In this document: positions 26,292 through 36,205 of the stretch, piece after piece
Layout: each line of letters begins with the position of its first letter
Numbering within the stretch: position 1 is the stretch's first letter
Source of the DNA: Bacilli bacterium
GTDB taxonomy: Bacteria > Bacillota_I > Bacilli_A > RF39 > UBA660
Direction: 5' to 3'
Assembly (NCBI GenBank): GCA_017416535.1
Contig: JAFQCG010000005.1
Coordinates: forward strand, 51,132 to 115,131
DNA length: 64,000 nt
Position numbers and translations under genes: made by a program
Notes under the pieces: model-generated
The model's input: the letters and a program-made list of their open reading frames with translations, nothing else
Told to the model about the DNA's origin: nothing
Database searches by the model: none

Positions 26292-27425
26292 TTATTTTTT
26301 ATGATTATGATTAACTAATTCAGATATAAATAAATCGTCTGTCATTCCAGCGATAAAATCTATTACTTGACGTTTTTTAGATGTATTTTCTAAGTATTCG
26401 TTACTTTGATCATTTAAGAACATTGTAAAAATCACACTACTTTTATTATTTGTTTCTATCGCATTTAAATAGTCATTAAATAGTATATTCATACCTTGAC
26501 GATAATATTCTTTATCTTCTTTACTCATACTTTTGGTATAGATATTTTCTGAATTAAATTTCTTTAATGCGAATAATGCTTTATATACATCTTCACTCAT
26601 TTTAATGTATGGTTTATTAATACTTTCTTTTATAATATCTAAAATAATTGTATTTATTATATCTTTATTTGTTGTTCCTAAGACATCACTTATTTCTTTT
26701 GGTAATTCTTCTCTTTTTATTTTTCCTAACTCTATAGCATCTTCTATATCTCTACCAATGTATCCTATAATATCACTTATTCTAACTACACATCCTTCTA
26801 GAGTCATGGGACTACATTTTTTTGTTTCTGAATAGTTAGTATATGAGTTATTAAATTCTCTTAAGAATTCTTCTTTATCTTTTTCCATTGGAACATATTT
26901 GTTGGATAACATTTCACCATTGTGGCACATAATTCCATCTAGTACTTGAATTGATAAATTTAATCCTTTACCTTTATTTTCTACATACATACAGTGTCTT
27001 ACACTTTGAGTATTATGAGCAAATTTTTCTCCTAATTCTCTTTGTGATATTTCATCTAAAATATATTCTCCTTCATGTCCTAATGGAGTGTGACCAATAT
27101 CATGGCCTAAAGCAATTGCTTCTATTAAATCTTCATTTAAGTTTAGAGCCCTACCTATTGTTCTTGCTACTTTACTTACTAATTGAACGTGAATCATTCT
27201 TTTTGATATATGGTCATTTTCTTTGTATGGGAAAACTTGTGTTTTATCAGAATATCTTGTGTAACTTAATGAGTGAATTATTTTATCAATGTCTCTAAAG
27301 AAATTTGGTCTAATATCAGGTGTCATTTCTTTTAGACGAATTGCATCGCAACTTTTTGTTGCATATTCACTTAAGTTATCTTCTTTTGCTAAGAAATTAA
27401 TTTTAGCTTGTTCTAGATAGTTCAT
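26292..27425 (-). CDS. HD-domain dNTP triphosphohydrolase-like protein (dGTPase family)
   Basis: HVQLVSKVARTIG...AIALGHDIGHTPLGHEGE motif block. Confidence 0.8.
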   Translation of the reverse strand: MNYLEQAKINFLAKEDNLSEYATKSCDAIRLKEMTPDIRPNFFRDIDKIIHSLSYTRYSDKTQVFPYKENDHISKRMIHVQLVSKVARTIGRALNLNEDLIEAIALGHDIGHTPLGHEGEYILDEISQRELGEKFAHNTQSVRHCMYVENKGKGLNLSIQVLDGIMCHNGEMLSNKYVPMEKDKEEFLREFNNSYTNYSETKKCSPMTLEGCVVRISDIIGYIGRDIEDAIELGKIKREELPKEISDVLGTTNKDIINTIILDIIKESINKPYIKMSEDVYKALFALKKFNSENIYTKSMSKEDKEYYRQGMNILFNDYLNAIETNNKSSVIFTMFLNDQSNEYLENTSKKRQVIDFIAGMTDDLFISELVNHNHKK

Positions 27426-27437
27426 ATGCTCACTCCT

Positions 27438-27869
27438 TTATTTTTTTGTTCCTTTATAAGTTTTTACTTTTTGTCTAACTGTTGGTTCTTTTTGAATTGA
27501 AGGTTCTGTTCTTGATTTGATATCTTCATATATTTCTTTAAATCTTATGTCGTCAATGTCATATTCATCTACATAATCTTCTATCATTTCTGGCGTAACT
27601 AAGTGTTCTTTATTAAGGTCACTTCTAAAAATTACCAAATGATAACCAGTTTCTTCTGCTGTTTTTTTATCGTGATATGCTTCATCAATCACACCAAACT
27701 GATTTATTTTGGCACTGTCTGGCAGTACATCAATTTTATACTCGGTTAATAATTCACTCACTTTGTTAAATCTTTTTTCCACAATTATGTCGGAAACATA
27801 AATTGCTTGACCCCTAAAACCATCTTTATATCTTACTTCATATAAATCTACGCAATAGTACTTTGGCAT
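27438..27869 (-). CDS. Hypothetical protein
   Basis: 143-aa ORF tightly spaced between the U32 and HD genes. No motif recognised. Confidence 0.45.
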   Translation of the reverse strand: MPKYYCVDLYEVRYKDGFRGQAIYVSDIIVEKRFNKVSELLTEYKIDVLPDSAKINQFGVIDEAYHDKKTAEETGYHLVIFRSDLNKEHLVTPEMIEDYVDEYDIDDIRFKEIYEDIKSRTEPSIQKEPTVRQKVKTYKGTKK

Positions 27870-27870
27870 A

Positions 27871-29064
27871 TTATTCAGCTCTTTTCTTAATTAATCTAAT
27901 CATTGAATATTCTGGTATTTCAACATCTGAATCTAAATATAAATAATAAATATTATCTGGGTGTCTAGCAACATCAATTTCATTTTTATCTTCATCATAT
28001 AATTTTTCTAGATTAAAGTTAATTACATCTCCATTTGGTGTAAATACTTCTATTTCATCACCTAGTTCAAAATAATTTCTTTCATAGATTTTTATTAGGT
28101 TACTTTCTTTATCATAGTTAATTACTTGTCCTAGATAATCTTGATTTGATATTTCTTGTCTTCCTGTATAGTATTGGTCTGTTTCATCTGCTTCTTTCAT
28201 AAAGTAATGAGTTGATACTTCTCTATTTGCAACTCTACTTAGGCGATATTCTAATTCATTGAATTTTTCTTCTGTTAGTTTGTCTTCATAAATCAAATCA
28301 ATTAATTCACGATAAGTACCAATTACTGTTGCAAGATAGTATAAAGAACGCATACGTCCTTCTACCTTTAGGGATTTAACTCCTATTTCAATTAAATCTT
28401 TAATATGAGTTGCCATGTTTAAGTCTTTTGTTGCCATTGTAAATTTCTTTTCTTCATCTGTTTCGAAGGCAAATCTACATACTTGTGAACATCCTCCACG
28501 ATTGGCATCTCTATTTGTAACATAGTTTGATAAAGCACATCTTCCTGAGAAACATGTACACATAGCACCATGAATAAACACTTCAATATCTACTTTTGTT
28601 TTATCAATTATCTCTTTAATTTCATTTTTTGATAATTCTCTAGCAAGTACGACTCTATCTATACCTTCTTCTTTAAAGTATTCTACAGCAGTATAGTTAC
28701 TTGTTGAGTTTTGTGTTGATAAATGAACTTCTACATTTGGATAATTTGTCTTTATATGTGAAATAATAAATGGATCACTTACTATAAATGCGTCGATGCC
28801 AGCATCTACTACTTCTTTAATATATTCTTCTACCCCATCCATATCTTCATTATGAAAAACAATATTTAAAGTTAAGTAAACTTTTTTATTTAATTTATGC
28901 GCAAAGTCACAACCTTCTTTAATTTCTTCAATTGAAAAGTTTGTAGCATTTGCTCTTAAACTATATTTTTGTCCTCCAATATATACAGCATCTGCTCCAT
29001 ATAATAAAGTTACTTTTAAACGTTCTAAGTCACCTGCAGGTGATAATAATTCTATTTTATCCAT
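27871..29064 (-). CDS. Peptidase U32 family protein (YrrO/TrhP-type, tRNA ho5U pathway in B. subtilis)
   Basis: MDKIELLSPAGDLERLKVTLLYGADAVYIGG..., Cys cluster GAMCTCFSGRCALSNY. Synteny with a second U32 gene and the trmR-like methyltransferase. Confidence 0.85.
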   Translation of the reverse strand: MDKIELLSPAGDLERLKVTLLYGADAVYIGGQKYSLRANATNFSIEEIKEGCDFAHKLNKKVYLTLNIVFHNEDMDGVEEYIKEVVDAGIDAFIVSDPFIISHIKTNYPNVEVHLSTQNSTSNYTAVEYFKEEGIDRVVLARELSKNEIKEIIDKTKVDIEVFIHGAMCTCFSGRCALSNYVTNRDANRGGCSQVCRFAFETDEEKKFTMATKDLNMATHIKDLIEIGVKSLKVEGRMRSLYYLATVIGTYRELIDLIYEDKLTEEKFNELEYRLSRVANREVSTHYFMKEADETDQYYTGRQEISNQDYLGQVINYDKESNLIKIYERNYFELGDEIEVFTPNGDVINFNLEKLYDEDKNEIDVARHPDNIYYLYLDSDVEIPEYSMIRLIKKRAE

Positions 29065-29920
29065 TTTTCTTCACCTGATATATAGTCTTTTTAAAGAAGA
29101 AATTTGTATTTGTACTTAAATCTTTATATTTTTCAATATAAGAATCATTTGTACAATTTGAATTAATATATTCTTTTGTATCAGTTATTAACTCATTAAA
29201 TAAATTATCTTCAACACCATATCCTCTCATAATTATATATTGTAAATTATTATTATAAAGTTCTTGAATAATTCCTGTTCCATTTACTAAATCTTTTAAG
29301 AAGAAACTTGTTCCATTTTCATCTTCTGTTAATTCATAAATAGAGTTTGTTACTTTTTCTGTAACATCTAATATTTCTTTTGATTCTTTATTTAAATCTT
29401 TGTAGTAATTAGTAATTAGCTTTCTTTTAGAAAATGCTACTGATGGATATCCAAATACTTCTACCATCGGAGTAATTGTTGTATTTTTTATTATTTCTAT
29501 AATTTCTTCTAGTGTTATTTCTTTTCCTAAAAGAGCATATTTAACTCCTTTTGAATGGTAATAGTTACATGTTTTATAATTATTTACCATATGTGTTTGA
29601 CTCCACACTAAGTCTGTTTTTAAATTTAAATCTTTCTTTAATTTTAACAAAGCTAAATCATAGAAAAATATACCTGTTAAATTTAGTCTATCTAATTCTA
29701 ATAACACTTCTTTTATTGATTCTATATCATTATTTAAAATGTTTTTATTTATATTTACAAATATTTCTTTATTGGGATTATTCTCTTTAATAGATTTTAT
29801 TTCTTCTATAGTGAAATATTTAGAACTTTGTACTGCATAATCTTTTAAAGATAAAATCATACCATCATTATTTGTATTATTTAGTTGTTTTTTATTACCT
29901 GGTTCTATTAAAAGTTTCAT
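29057..29920 (-). CDS. Peptidase U32 family protein, YrrN-like partner
   Basis: Size, 8-nt overlap with the YrrO-like gene, and B. subtilis yrrN-yrrO synteny. Sequence motifs are weaker. Confidence 0.6.
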   Translation of the reverse strand: MKLLIEPGNKKQLNNTNNDGMILSLKDYAVQSSKYFTIEEIKSIKENNPNKEIFVNINKNILNNDIESIKEVLLELDRLNLTGIFFYDLALLKLKKDLNLKTDLVWSQTHMVNNYKTCNYYHSKGVKYALLGKEITLEEIIEIIKNTTITPMVEVFGYPSVAFSKRKLITNYYKDLNKESKEILDVTEKVTNSIYELTEDENGTSFFLKDLVNGTGIIQELYNNNLQYIIMRGYGVEDNLFNELITDTKEYINSNCTNDSYIEKYKDLSTNTNFFFKKTIYQVKKNG

Positions 29921-30006
29921 AAGTCACCTCGTTCATATTATATAATAAAGTCTTTAAAAAATAAAGGTTGGAAGGCAAAGAAAAATATCTAATTTAATTA
30001 GATATT

Positions 30007-30789
30007 TTATTTACTTGATAAAGGAATATTTTCTTGATTATTTTGATTAATTGGGGCATCTGCTATTTCAAATTCAAAACTTGTATCATTGAAATATTCT
30101 TCTTCTCCAAATATTGAATGTGCAATAAATGATTTAAATGCAATTAGTTTTCCTTCTCTTACATAGTAAGATACATGGTCTAAATATCTATCAACACTTC
30201 TCCATTTTAAGAAACATTCATAACTACATTCATTTGATGTATAGTATTTTTCTTTTACTATATCTTTATAATAATTTTGGAATTTTCTTTTAATTTTATA
30301 TTCTACATTTGATTTAGTTACTCCAAAAAATTGTAGCAAGGCATCATCTGCAATGACTTCTTCTGTTTCTAGATTAATGTTATAAGTTCTGAAGTATGGT
30401 TCTGGGGCATATGTTGTTGCATTATTTATTACTTTCACAACTACTGATAAAATTATTCCATTTACATCATATTCATATGTTATAACACTTTTTTCTTGAT
30501 CCATATATTTATCACAGAATAGTAATATGTCTTTATTTACTGCTTTAAAAACCTCTGCTTTTAAATTTACATATGGAACTTCTTTTGTATATTTTGTACT
30601 TGTGTCTGAATACTTTGTATATACTAAGTATGCACCTTTATCTTGTTTAATATTATTGTAGTTTACATTAGTTGAGTTATAATAAAAAGTAAATATTATA
30701 AATGCTATTGCGACTATTGCACCTACATAAGCATATATTTTTTGTGTATCAGGATTTATTCTTTTTTTTACGTTTTTCTTACTAGCCAT
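30007..30789 (-). CDS. Membrane-anchored hypothetical protein
   Basis: Basic N-terminus plus TM helix (YAYVGAIVAIAFIIFTFYY), then an extracellular domain. Co-inserted with the NlpC/P60 gene. Confidence 0.55.
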   Translation of the reverse strand: MASKKNVKKRINPDTQKIYAYVGAIVAIAFIIFTFYYNSTNVNYNNIKQDKGAYLVYTKYSDTSTKYTKEVPYVNLKAEVFKAVNKDILLFCDKYMDQEKSVITYEYDVNGIILSVVVKVINNATTYAPEPYFRTYNINLETEEVIADDALLQFFGVTKSNVEYKIKRKFQNYYKDIVKEKYYTSNECSYECFLKWRSVDRYLDHVSYYVREGKLIAFKSFIAHSIFGEEEYFNDTSFEFEIADAPINQNNQENIPLSSK

Positions 30790-30798
30790 ATTCCCCTC

Positions 30799-31656
30799 CT
30801 ATACACCATTTATTCTCATTATTCCAAGTATTGCCTTACTTGAACATGTTCTATAATCTTTATCTATTACAACTCCCCATTTAGATCCTTTGGCATGAAT
30901 CACTTCTGTACCAATTCCTGTTAGAATTCCTACGTGACCATCATACATAATTAAATCTCCAGCTCTAATATCTGTTGGACTAACTAATTTATAGGTTGAT
31001 TTAGCAGCCCATTGAGTTGATGTTGTTCTATTAAGATTAATTCCAAAATGTCTAAATACACCTTGAACGAAACCACTACAGTCTGTTGGAGTATATGGTA
31101 GTTCACCATTCCATTGTCCACCATAGACATATCTTTGTCCAACAAACTTTTTAGCATAAACAACTATTTGAGAACCTTTTAATGTTGATAATCCATTTCC
31201 TGTTTGATTAGCGTCTGTTGGTGGTGTTCCTGTTTCATATGCTTCTGGGTCTATTAAGAAAGAATTCTTTGGTCTATCTTTATTAGGGTCAATATATTTT
31301 GCTTCATGGGCACGCGAAACTTCACTTGCTATTTTTGCATGTTCCCAGCAATCAGCTATTTTAAATGTTGCTGTTTGACTAATCATTCCCATAACTACAT
31401 CAACAATTACTGGAATAAAGAAACAAACTACTGCAGCAATAAGCCTATTTATAACTTTCTTTCCTCCGCCTTTTTCATCTGGATTCATCACTAGTTTTAT
31501 AAACTGAATTGTTAAACCTACGATTAGAAGTATTGGTACTATTAATTGAAATATATTAAAAAACTTACGAACTATATCTAATACGGTTGCTAGAGCATAG
31601 TCTGTACAGCATGTACCTAATGCTTCATTACAAGTTAATATTTGAAAATATTGCAT
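30799..31656 (-). CDS. NlpC/P60 peptidoglycan endopeptidase anchored by a VirB2-like two-TM hairpin
   Basis: The C-terminal part carries the NlpC/P60 catalytic block: GQRYVYGGQW...TPTDCSGFVQGVFRHFG...GDLIMYDGHVGILTG...VIHA. The N-terminal 95 aa are paralogous to the hairpins at 10844-11164 and 9672-10751. Confidence 0.8.
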   Translation of the reverse strand: MQYFQILTCNEALGTCCTDYALATVLDIVRKFFNIFQLIVPILLIVGLTIQFIKLVMNPDEKGGGKKVINRLIAAVVCFFIPVIVDVVMGMISQTATFKIADCWEHAKIASEVSRAHEAKYIDPNKDRPKNSFLIDPEAYETGTPPTDANQTGNGLSTLKGSQIVVYAKKFVGQRYVYGGQWNGELPYTPTDCSGFVQGVFRHFGINLNRTTSTQWAAKSTYKLVSPTDIRAGDLIMYDGHVGILTGIGTEVIHAKGSKWGVVIDKDYRTCSSKAILGIMRINGV

Positions 31657-31770
31657 TGTATCACTCCTAAATACTTGTTAATTATATTTTAACATTATTA
31701 TTTGTTTTTTTGTATTATTTTATTTTATCTTTACATCTTAAGTAATAAAAAAAGATGCATTATACATCTT

Positions 31771-32364
31771 TTATCTTGGTATTGATATTGCAATACCGTC
31801 TCCAATATCTAAAAACTCTGTTTCATAGTTTTTATTTTCTTTTAAGAAAACGGCATAGTCTTTTAATTTTCTAATTAAAGCACGTAAGTTACGACTTTTT
31901 ATTTCATCTAATTCTTTATCTACTAATCCATGAAAATTCATATTGTCTGTAATAATTGTTCCTTTTGGATTTAGATTTTTAGAAAACATTTCAAAGAATT
32001 TTATATTTTGAGCTTTTGCGGCATCTATAAATAATAAATCATATGTATCATCTAATTTAACATCAAATGCATCTTTATATATTAAATTAATTCGATTTTC
32101 TAATTTGAATTTTTTAATATTTTTTACTGCTTCTAAATATCTTTTTTCATCTCTTTCAATTGTAGTTATTTCTATTTCATTATCTACTAAGGCCATCATT
32201 ATTGCAGAATATCCTATTGCTGCACCTATTTCTAATATTTTCTTTATATTATGTTTTCTTATGTAGTTTGTTAGAAATTTTATTCCATCTTCTGTCATTA
32301 TAGGAACATTATTTTCTTCTGCATACTCTCTTATTTCTTCGAGTGCAGCATTATTATCTACCAT
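31771..32364 (-). CDS. trmR: SAM-dependent O-methyltransferase, YrrM/TrmR-like
   Basis: ILEIGAAIGYSAIMMA SAM-binding motif, FIDAAK motif, and synteny next to mltG. Confidence 0.8.
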   Translation of the reverse strand: MVDNNAALEEIREYAEENNVPIMTEDGIKFLTNYIRKHNIKKILEIGAAIGYSAIMMALVDNEIEITTIERDEKRYLEAVKNIKKFKLENRINLIYKDAFDVKLDDTYDLLFIDAAKAQNIKFFEMFSKNLNPKGTIITDNMNFHGLVDKELDEIKSRNLRALIRKLKDYAVFLKENKNYETEFLDIGDGIAISIPR

Positions 32365-33434
32365 ATCCAGTCACCTTTATCTTTTATTTCTTTTACTTTG
32401 GCATTGTGTTCAGCCAATGTGTTTGTAAAATATATTTTACCATATTTATCGGCAACAAAGTATAAATAATTTGATTTTGTTGGATTTACTGCTGCTTCGA
32501 TACTTGATGATGATGGATTACAAATTGGTCCAATAGGCATTTTACCCATCATTGTTGTTGAACGTGTATTATATGGATTTGCTGTTGCAAATTGTTTGGA
32601 AGTTAAATCTTTATCCATTGGGTGTTGTAATGCATAATATGTTGTTACGTCACTACCTAGGTTCATACCTCTTGCAAGCCTATTTTCAAATACACTTACG
32701 ATTTGTTTTCTATTATCTGTATTTGTTCCCTCTAGTTCTGCCATTGATGCCATAGTAACGTAATAGTGAACTGGCTTTTTCATTTTATCTTTGTGTTTAG
32801 TTAAAATTTTATCTGTTTGTTTTAACATTGTTTCAATAATACTTTCTACTGAAACATCTTTATTAGCAAACTCATATGTATTTGGTGCAAGATATCCTTC
32901 TAATGGATAATAGATACTTGCATTTAATATTTCATTTGTTAAAAACCAGTATTTTGGAATTAAAGTTTGTATGTAAGTTCTATTTTTCATTAATGCTATT
33001 GCATCACTATATGTATTGTTTGTTTTTTTAGAGATTGTTTTACAAAAATCGGTAATTCTTTCTCCTTCTTTGAAAGTAATTGTAATTACATCTGGGTTAT
33101 AACTATTTCCACTTTCAAGAGCTTCAATTATTTCTTCTAGTGCCATACTTTTTGTTAGTGTATAAGTAGATGCTTTCATTGAATTAACTCTATTAACTTT
33201 TGTGTAAACATTAAAGAAAAACTCGCTTTTAATTAATTCTTTTTGTTTTAAAATAACTCCTATTTGTCTTGTTGTTGTTCCATTAGGGATTACTACCTCT
33301 ATCTTTTTATCGCTATTTTTATCTACTGGTTGTGACATAATTAACCAATATACCCCAACACATAAAGCCATTACTACTAAAACTATTAAAATAAATAACA
33401 ATGGTTTTGCTCTTAACTTTATTTTTACTGCCAT
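32358..33434 (-). CDS. mltG: Endolytic murein transglycosylase MltG (YceG-like)
   Basis: N-terminal TM helix. YceG motifs LASMAELEG..., NPYNTR, PIGPICNPS. Confidence 0.9.
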   Translation of the reverse strand: MAVKIKLRAKPLLFILIVLVVMALCVGVYWLIMSQPVDKNSDKKIEVVIPNGTTTRQIGVILKQKELIKSEFFFNVYTKVNRVNSMKASTYTLTKSMALEEIIEALESGNSYNPDVITITFKEGERITDFCKTISKKTNNTYSDAIALMKNRTYIQTLIPKYWFLTNEILNASIYYPLEGYLAPNTYEFANKDVSVESIIETMLKQTDKILTKHKDKMKKPVHYYVTMASMAELEGTNTDNRKQIVSVFENRLARGMNLGSDVTTYYALQHPMDKDLTSKQFATANPYNTRSTTMMGKMPIGPICNPSSSSIEAAVNPTKSNYLYFVADKYGKIYFTNTLAEHNAKVKEIKDKGDWIW

Positions 33435-33463
33435 TTATGCCTCCTAGAAAAAATAAAGAGCTT

Positions 33464-33751
33464 TTATTGCTCGTTATTTTGTGCTTTCTTTTTAATTTCT
33501 TCTTGTAATGTTTCAAGAATAGTTTCAATTACTTTCCATTCTTTTTCTGTTTCAATTGCTTCTAATCTTCCGTTATTATCTTCTGGATGATAGATTGATG
33601 CATATACTTCAATATTTCCTAATTCATCTTTAGTATTGTCTGTATATACGATATAATTTTTTCCTGTTTCATCGCTTTCAAATGTAAATAGTACATCATA
33701 TACTACTTCATTTCCGTTTTCATCTAACATTGAGAATGTATTTGGTTTCAT
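33464..33751 (-). CDS. DUF1292/YrzB-family protein
   Basis: DENGNEVVYDVLFTFESDETGKNYIVYTD pattern. Synteny after ruvX. Confidence 0.75.
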   Translation of the reverse strand: MKPNTFSMLDENGNEVVYDVLFTFESDETGKNYIVYTDNTKDELGNIEVYASIYHPEDNNGRLEAIETEKEWKVIETILETLQEEIKKKAQNNEQ

Positions 33752-33753
33752 AA

Positions 33754-34170
33754 TTAATTCCTCTTTCTATCTAAATATGTTTGTAATATTATAGTGGCTG
33801 CTACACTGTCGACAACTTTTTTTCTATCTTTACGAGAAACATTTCCCATAATAAGCATGTCTGTAGCACTTTTCGTAGTTAGTCTTTCATCTTGAAGATG
33901 AATTGGTACTGTTACTAGTTTTTCTAATTTTTCTTTAAATTCGAGACTAAGTTCACCTTTTGGACCAATTGTATTATTCATATTTTTAGGAAAACCTAAG
34001 ACAACTTCATCTATTTTTAATTCTTCGATAAGTTGTTTTACTTCATCAAGAAGTCTATCGTATTCCTCATTATGTCTGATTGTTTTATATGTTGACGCAA
34101 TAAGTCCTGTTGCATCAGATGTTGCAATTCCTAAGGTTCTACTTCCTAAGTCTAATCCTAGATATTTCAT
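33754..34170 (-). CDS. ruvX: Holliday junction resolvase-like nuclease RuvX (YqgF)
   Basis: MKYLGLDLGSRTLGIATSD..., DERLTT motif. Confidence 0.9.
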   Translation of the reverse strand: MKYLGLDLGSRTLGIATSDATGLIASTYKTIRHNEEYDRLLDEVKQLIEELKIDEVVLGFPKNMNNTIGPKGELSLEFKEKLEKLVTVPIHLQDERLTTKSATDMLIMGNVSRKDRKKVVDSVAATIILQTYLDRKRN

Positions 34171-34424
34171 TATTTGTTTTTCTTTTGGAATTCAACTAGT
34201 AATATTTCTACGATTTTTGCACGTTCAATTTCTTGGATTTTATTTCTAGCATCTTTATAACTAGAGATATACCCAGGATCTCCACTTATTAAATATCCAA
34301 CAATTTGATTAATAGGATTATATCCTCTTTCTTCTAAAGCAGCATATACTTCTTTTAAAGTTACACGTGTTCTTTCTGCATCAATTTCTTGAACATTAAA
34401 TAAAGTTGTTTTTTCTTGTGACAT
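34170..34424 (-). CDS. ireB: IreB/YrzL family (UPF0297) regulatory protein
   Basis: VYAALEERGYNPINQIVGYLISGDPGYISS signature. Confidence 0.85.
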   Translation of the reverse strand: MSQEKTTLFNVQEIDAERTRVTLKEVYAALEERGYNPINQIVGYLISGDPGYISSYKDARNKIQEIERAKIVEILLVEFQKKNK

Positions 34425-34496
34425 AAAATCACCTCACTATAATATTTATAATTTTATTTTATCATTTTTTATTATCAATTACAATAATTCTATTTA

Positions 34497-35654
34497 TTAT
34501 AGGCCATAAAAGAAAGCCATATAAATTGTGAATGCCATGAATAATATAGTTATAATACAACCATTAACTTCTTCAAACCATGAACTCTTATTTTTTACTC
34601 CTAAGGCCATAGTAATCATAGCTCCACCTACTAGTCCACCAATATGTGCAGCATTATCTACACCGGTTGTTAAAAATCCTATTAATAAATTAATAACAAC
34701 TAATGGTAATATTTGGCTTTTGATTACATTTCCCAAATATACTCGATAATGATATCCAAAATATAGTAATGCTCCCATTAATCCAAATACAGCACCACTT
34801 GCTCCAATTGAAGCTGTATCACCATTAAATGTCATTGAGAATAAACTACCGAATATTGCACTAACCAAATATATAACTATATATTTTGCTTTTCCCAGGA
34901 AACTTTCCAATTGACTTCCTAGTACATATAAGGCATAACAGTTAAATGCTAAATGCATAATGCCTGTGTGTAAAAATGTACCTGTAAGTAAACGATAGTA
35001 TTGTCCATATCTAATACTTGGACCATGTACACAGAAATCTAAAATAACATTGTTTGATTCACTAAAGAATGCTGGTACTAAGAAACAAATAATATTAATA
35101 GCAATTAACATATATGTAACCATTGGGAATTTGCTTCTAAATACTTTTTCTACTTTTCTTGCATCTTCTTGATTATGTTTATTAATATCTCCAGTTATTT
35201 TCATAAATAATTCAGTCCCCTTTTCAGTAAATTTTAATTTTTTCTTTAGGTCTGGAAAGGCTTTTTTAGCAACTTCATTTTTATTTAAATCGGTATCTTC
35301 CTTTAGACGAATACAAATACTATTTTTTGTATTAGCATCTTTTAAATCTACATTATCACTTAAGTTTAAGAAGAATGATGCAACATTCATTTTAAATATA
35401 GACAAAGTTTTTCTTTTAATCTTATTCATTATTCTTTTTGTTTTAAATTTATCAAAATCAAATTGTTCATTATTGTGGATATATCCTGAAACAATTCTAA
35501 CAACTTGATAATCTTCTTGTAAGTTTTCTAACCATATTTCATCTTCAACACCTTGAAGAATAATAGGATTATAGTTTTTTTCGGTAATAAAATAATGCAA
35601 TAATTTCATTGCCATTATGTTCTTATCATCAAAAAGCACATCATCACGTTTCAT
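34497..35654 (-). CDS. Rhomboid-family intramembrane serine protease
   Basis: HLAFNCYAL, catalytic GASGAVFGLMGA, AHIGGLVGG. Cytoplasmic N-terminal extension. Confidence 0.85.
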   Translation of the reverse strand: MKRDDVLFDDKNIMAMKLLHYFITEKNYNPIILQGVEDEIWLENLQEDYQVVRIVSGYIHNNEQFDFDKFKTKRIMNKIKRKTLSIFKMNVASFFLNLSDNVDLKDANTKNSICIRLKEDTDLNKNEVAKKAFPDLKKKLKFTEKGTELFMKITGDINKHNQEDARKVEKVFRSKFPMVTYMLIAINIICFLVPAFFSESNNVILDFCVHGPSIRYGQYYRLLTGTFLHTGIMHLAFNCYALYVLGSQLESFLGKAKYIVIYLVSAIFGSLFSMTFNGDTASIGASGAVFGLMGALLYFGYHYRVYLGNVIKSQILPLVVINLLIGFLTTGVDNAAHIGGLVGGAMITMALGVKNKSSWFEEVNGCIITILFMAFTIYMAFFYGL

Positions 35655-35711
35655 GTTTACCTCCTAAAATACTAATAATATTATAATATAAAACATAAAA
35701 TAAAAAAAGAG

Positions 35712-36179
35712 GTGATTATTTTGTTAAGAAAGTTTTTTATTTTTATTTTGTGTCTTACTCCATGGTTTTTATCTTCTTTAGTACCTGTTGATTATGGATA
35801 CTATAACGAAATAGTATTACCATGGTTTGCTCCACCTACTATATTTTATAGTATTGCTTGGACAATTGTTTACATTTTAGTTGCTTGCACAATTACAGAA
35901 ATTGTTTATTCTTATAAGTTTAAGGAGATTCCTCTTTCTTATAAAATAACATTACTTATTAATTATTTATTTAATCAAAGTTATCAACTTGTTTTCTTTG
36001 GACTAAAAAATAACTTTTTAGGGTTTGTAAGTTGCCTAGGCACTTTAATTAGCTGTTTATTTTTAGTTAATGAGACATATAGCTTAAAAGAAAATAGTAG
36101 AAAATTTTTTATACCCTATATTTTACTTTCTACTTTTGCAGTTATACTTTCATTTACTATTTATATTATGAATTTATAA
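35712..36179 (+). CDS. tspO: TspO/MBR tryptophan-rich sensory protein
   Basis: LPWFAPPTIFYSIAWTIVYILVA and five TM helices. The TTG at 35721 (SD aagagg 8 nt upstream) is a plausible true start. Confidence 0.8.
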   Translation: MIILLRKFFIFILCLTPWFLSSLVPVDYGYYNEIVLPWFAPPTIFYSIAWTIVYILVACTITEIVYSYKFKEIPLSYKITLLINYLFNQSYQLVFFGLKNNFLGFVSCLGTLISCLFLVNETYSLKENSRKFFIPYILLSTFAVILSFTIYIMNL

Positions 36180-36181
36180 AA

Positions 36182-36205
36182 AAACTTCAGTGTTATCTGA
36201 AGTTT
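36182..36205. terminator. Bidirectional hairpin between the convergent tspO and kinase genes
   Basis: aaacttcag-tgttat-ctgaagttt, a 9-bp perfect stem flanked by A and T runs. Confidence 0.6.

Noticed and set aside
26292-27425. dGTPase-like HD protein as an anti-phage dNTP-depletion defence gene
   Set aside because: It sits in a housekeeping run (U32 pair ... greA) with no other defence-type neighbours, and it has the size and motifs of the ordinary Bacillota dgt-like family. Nothing in the sequence supports a defence role.
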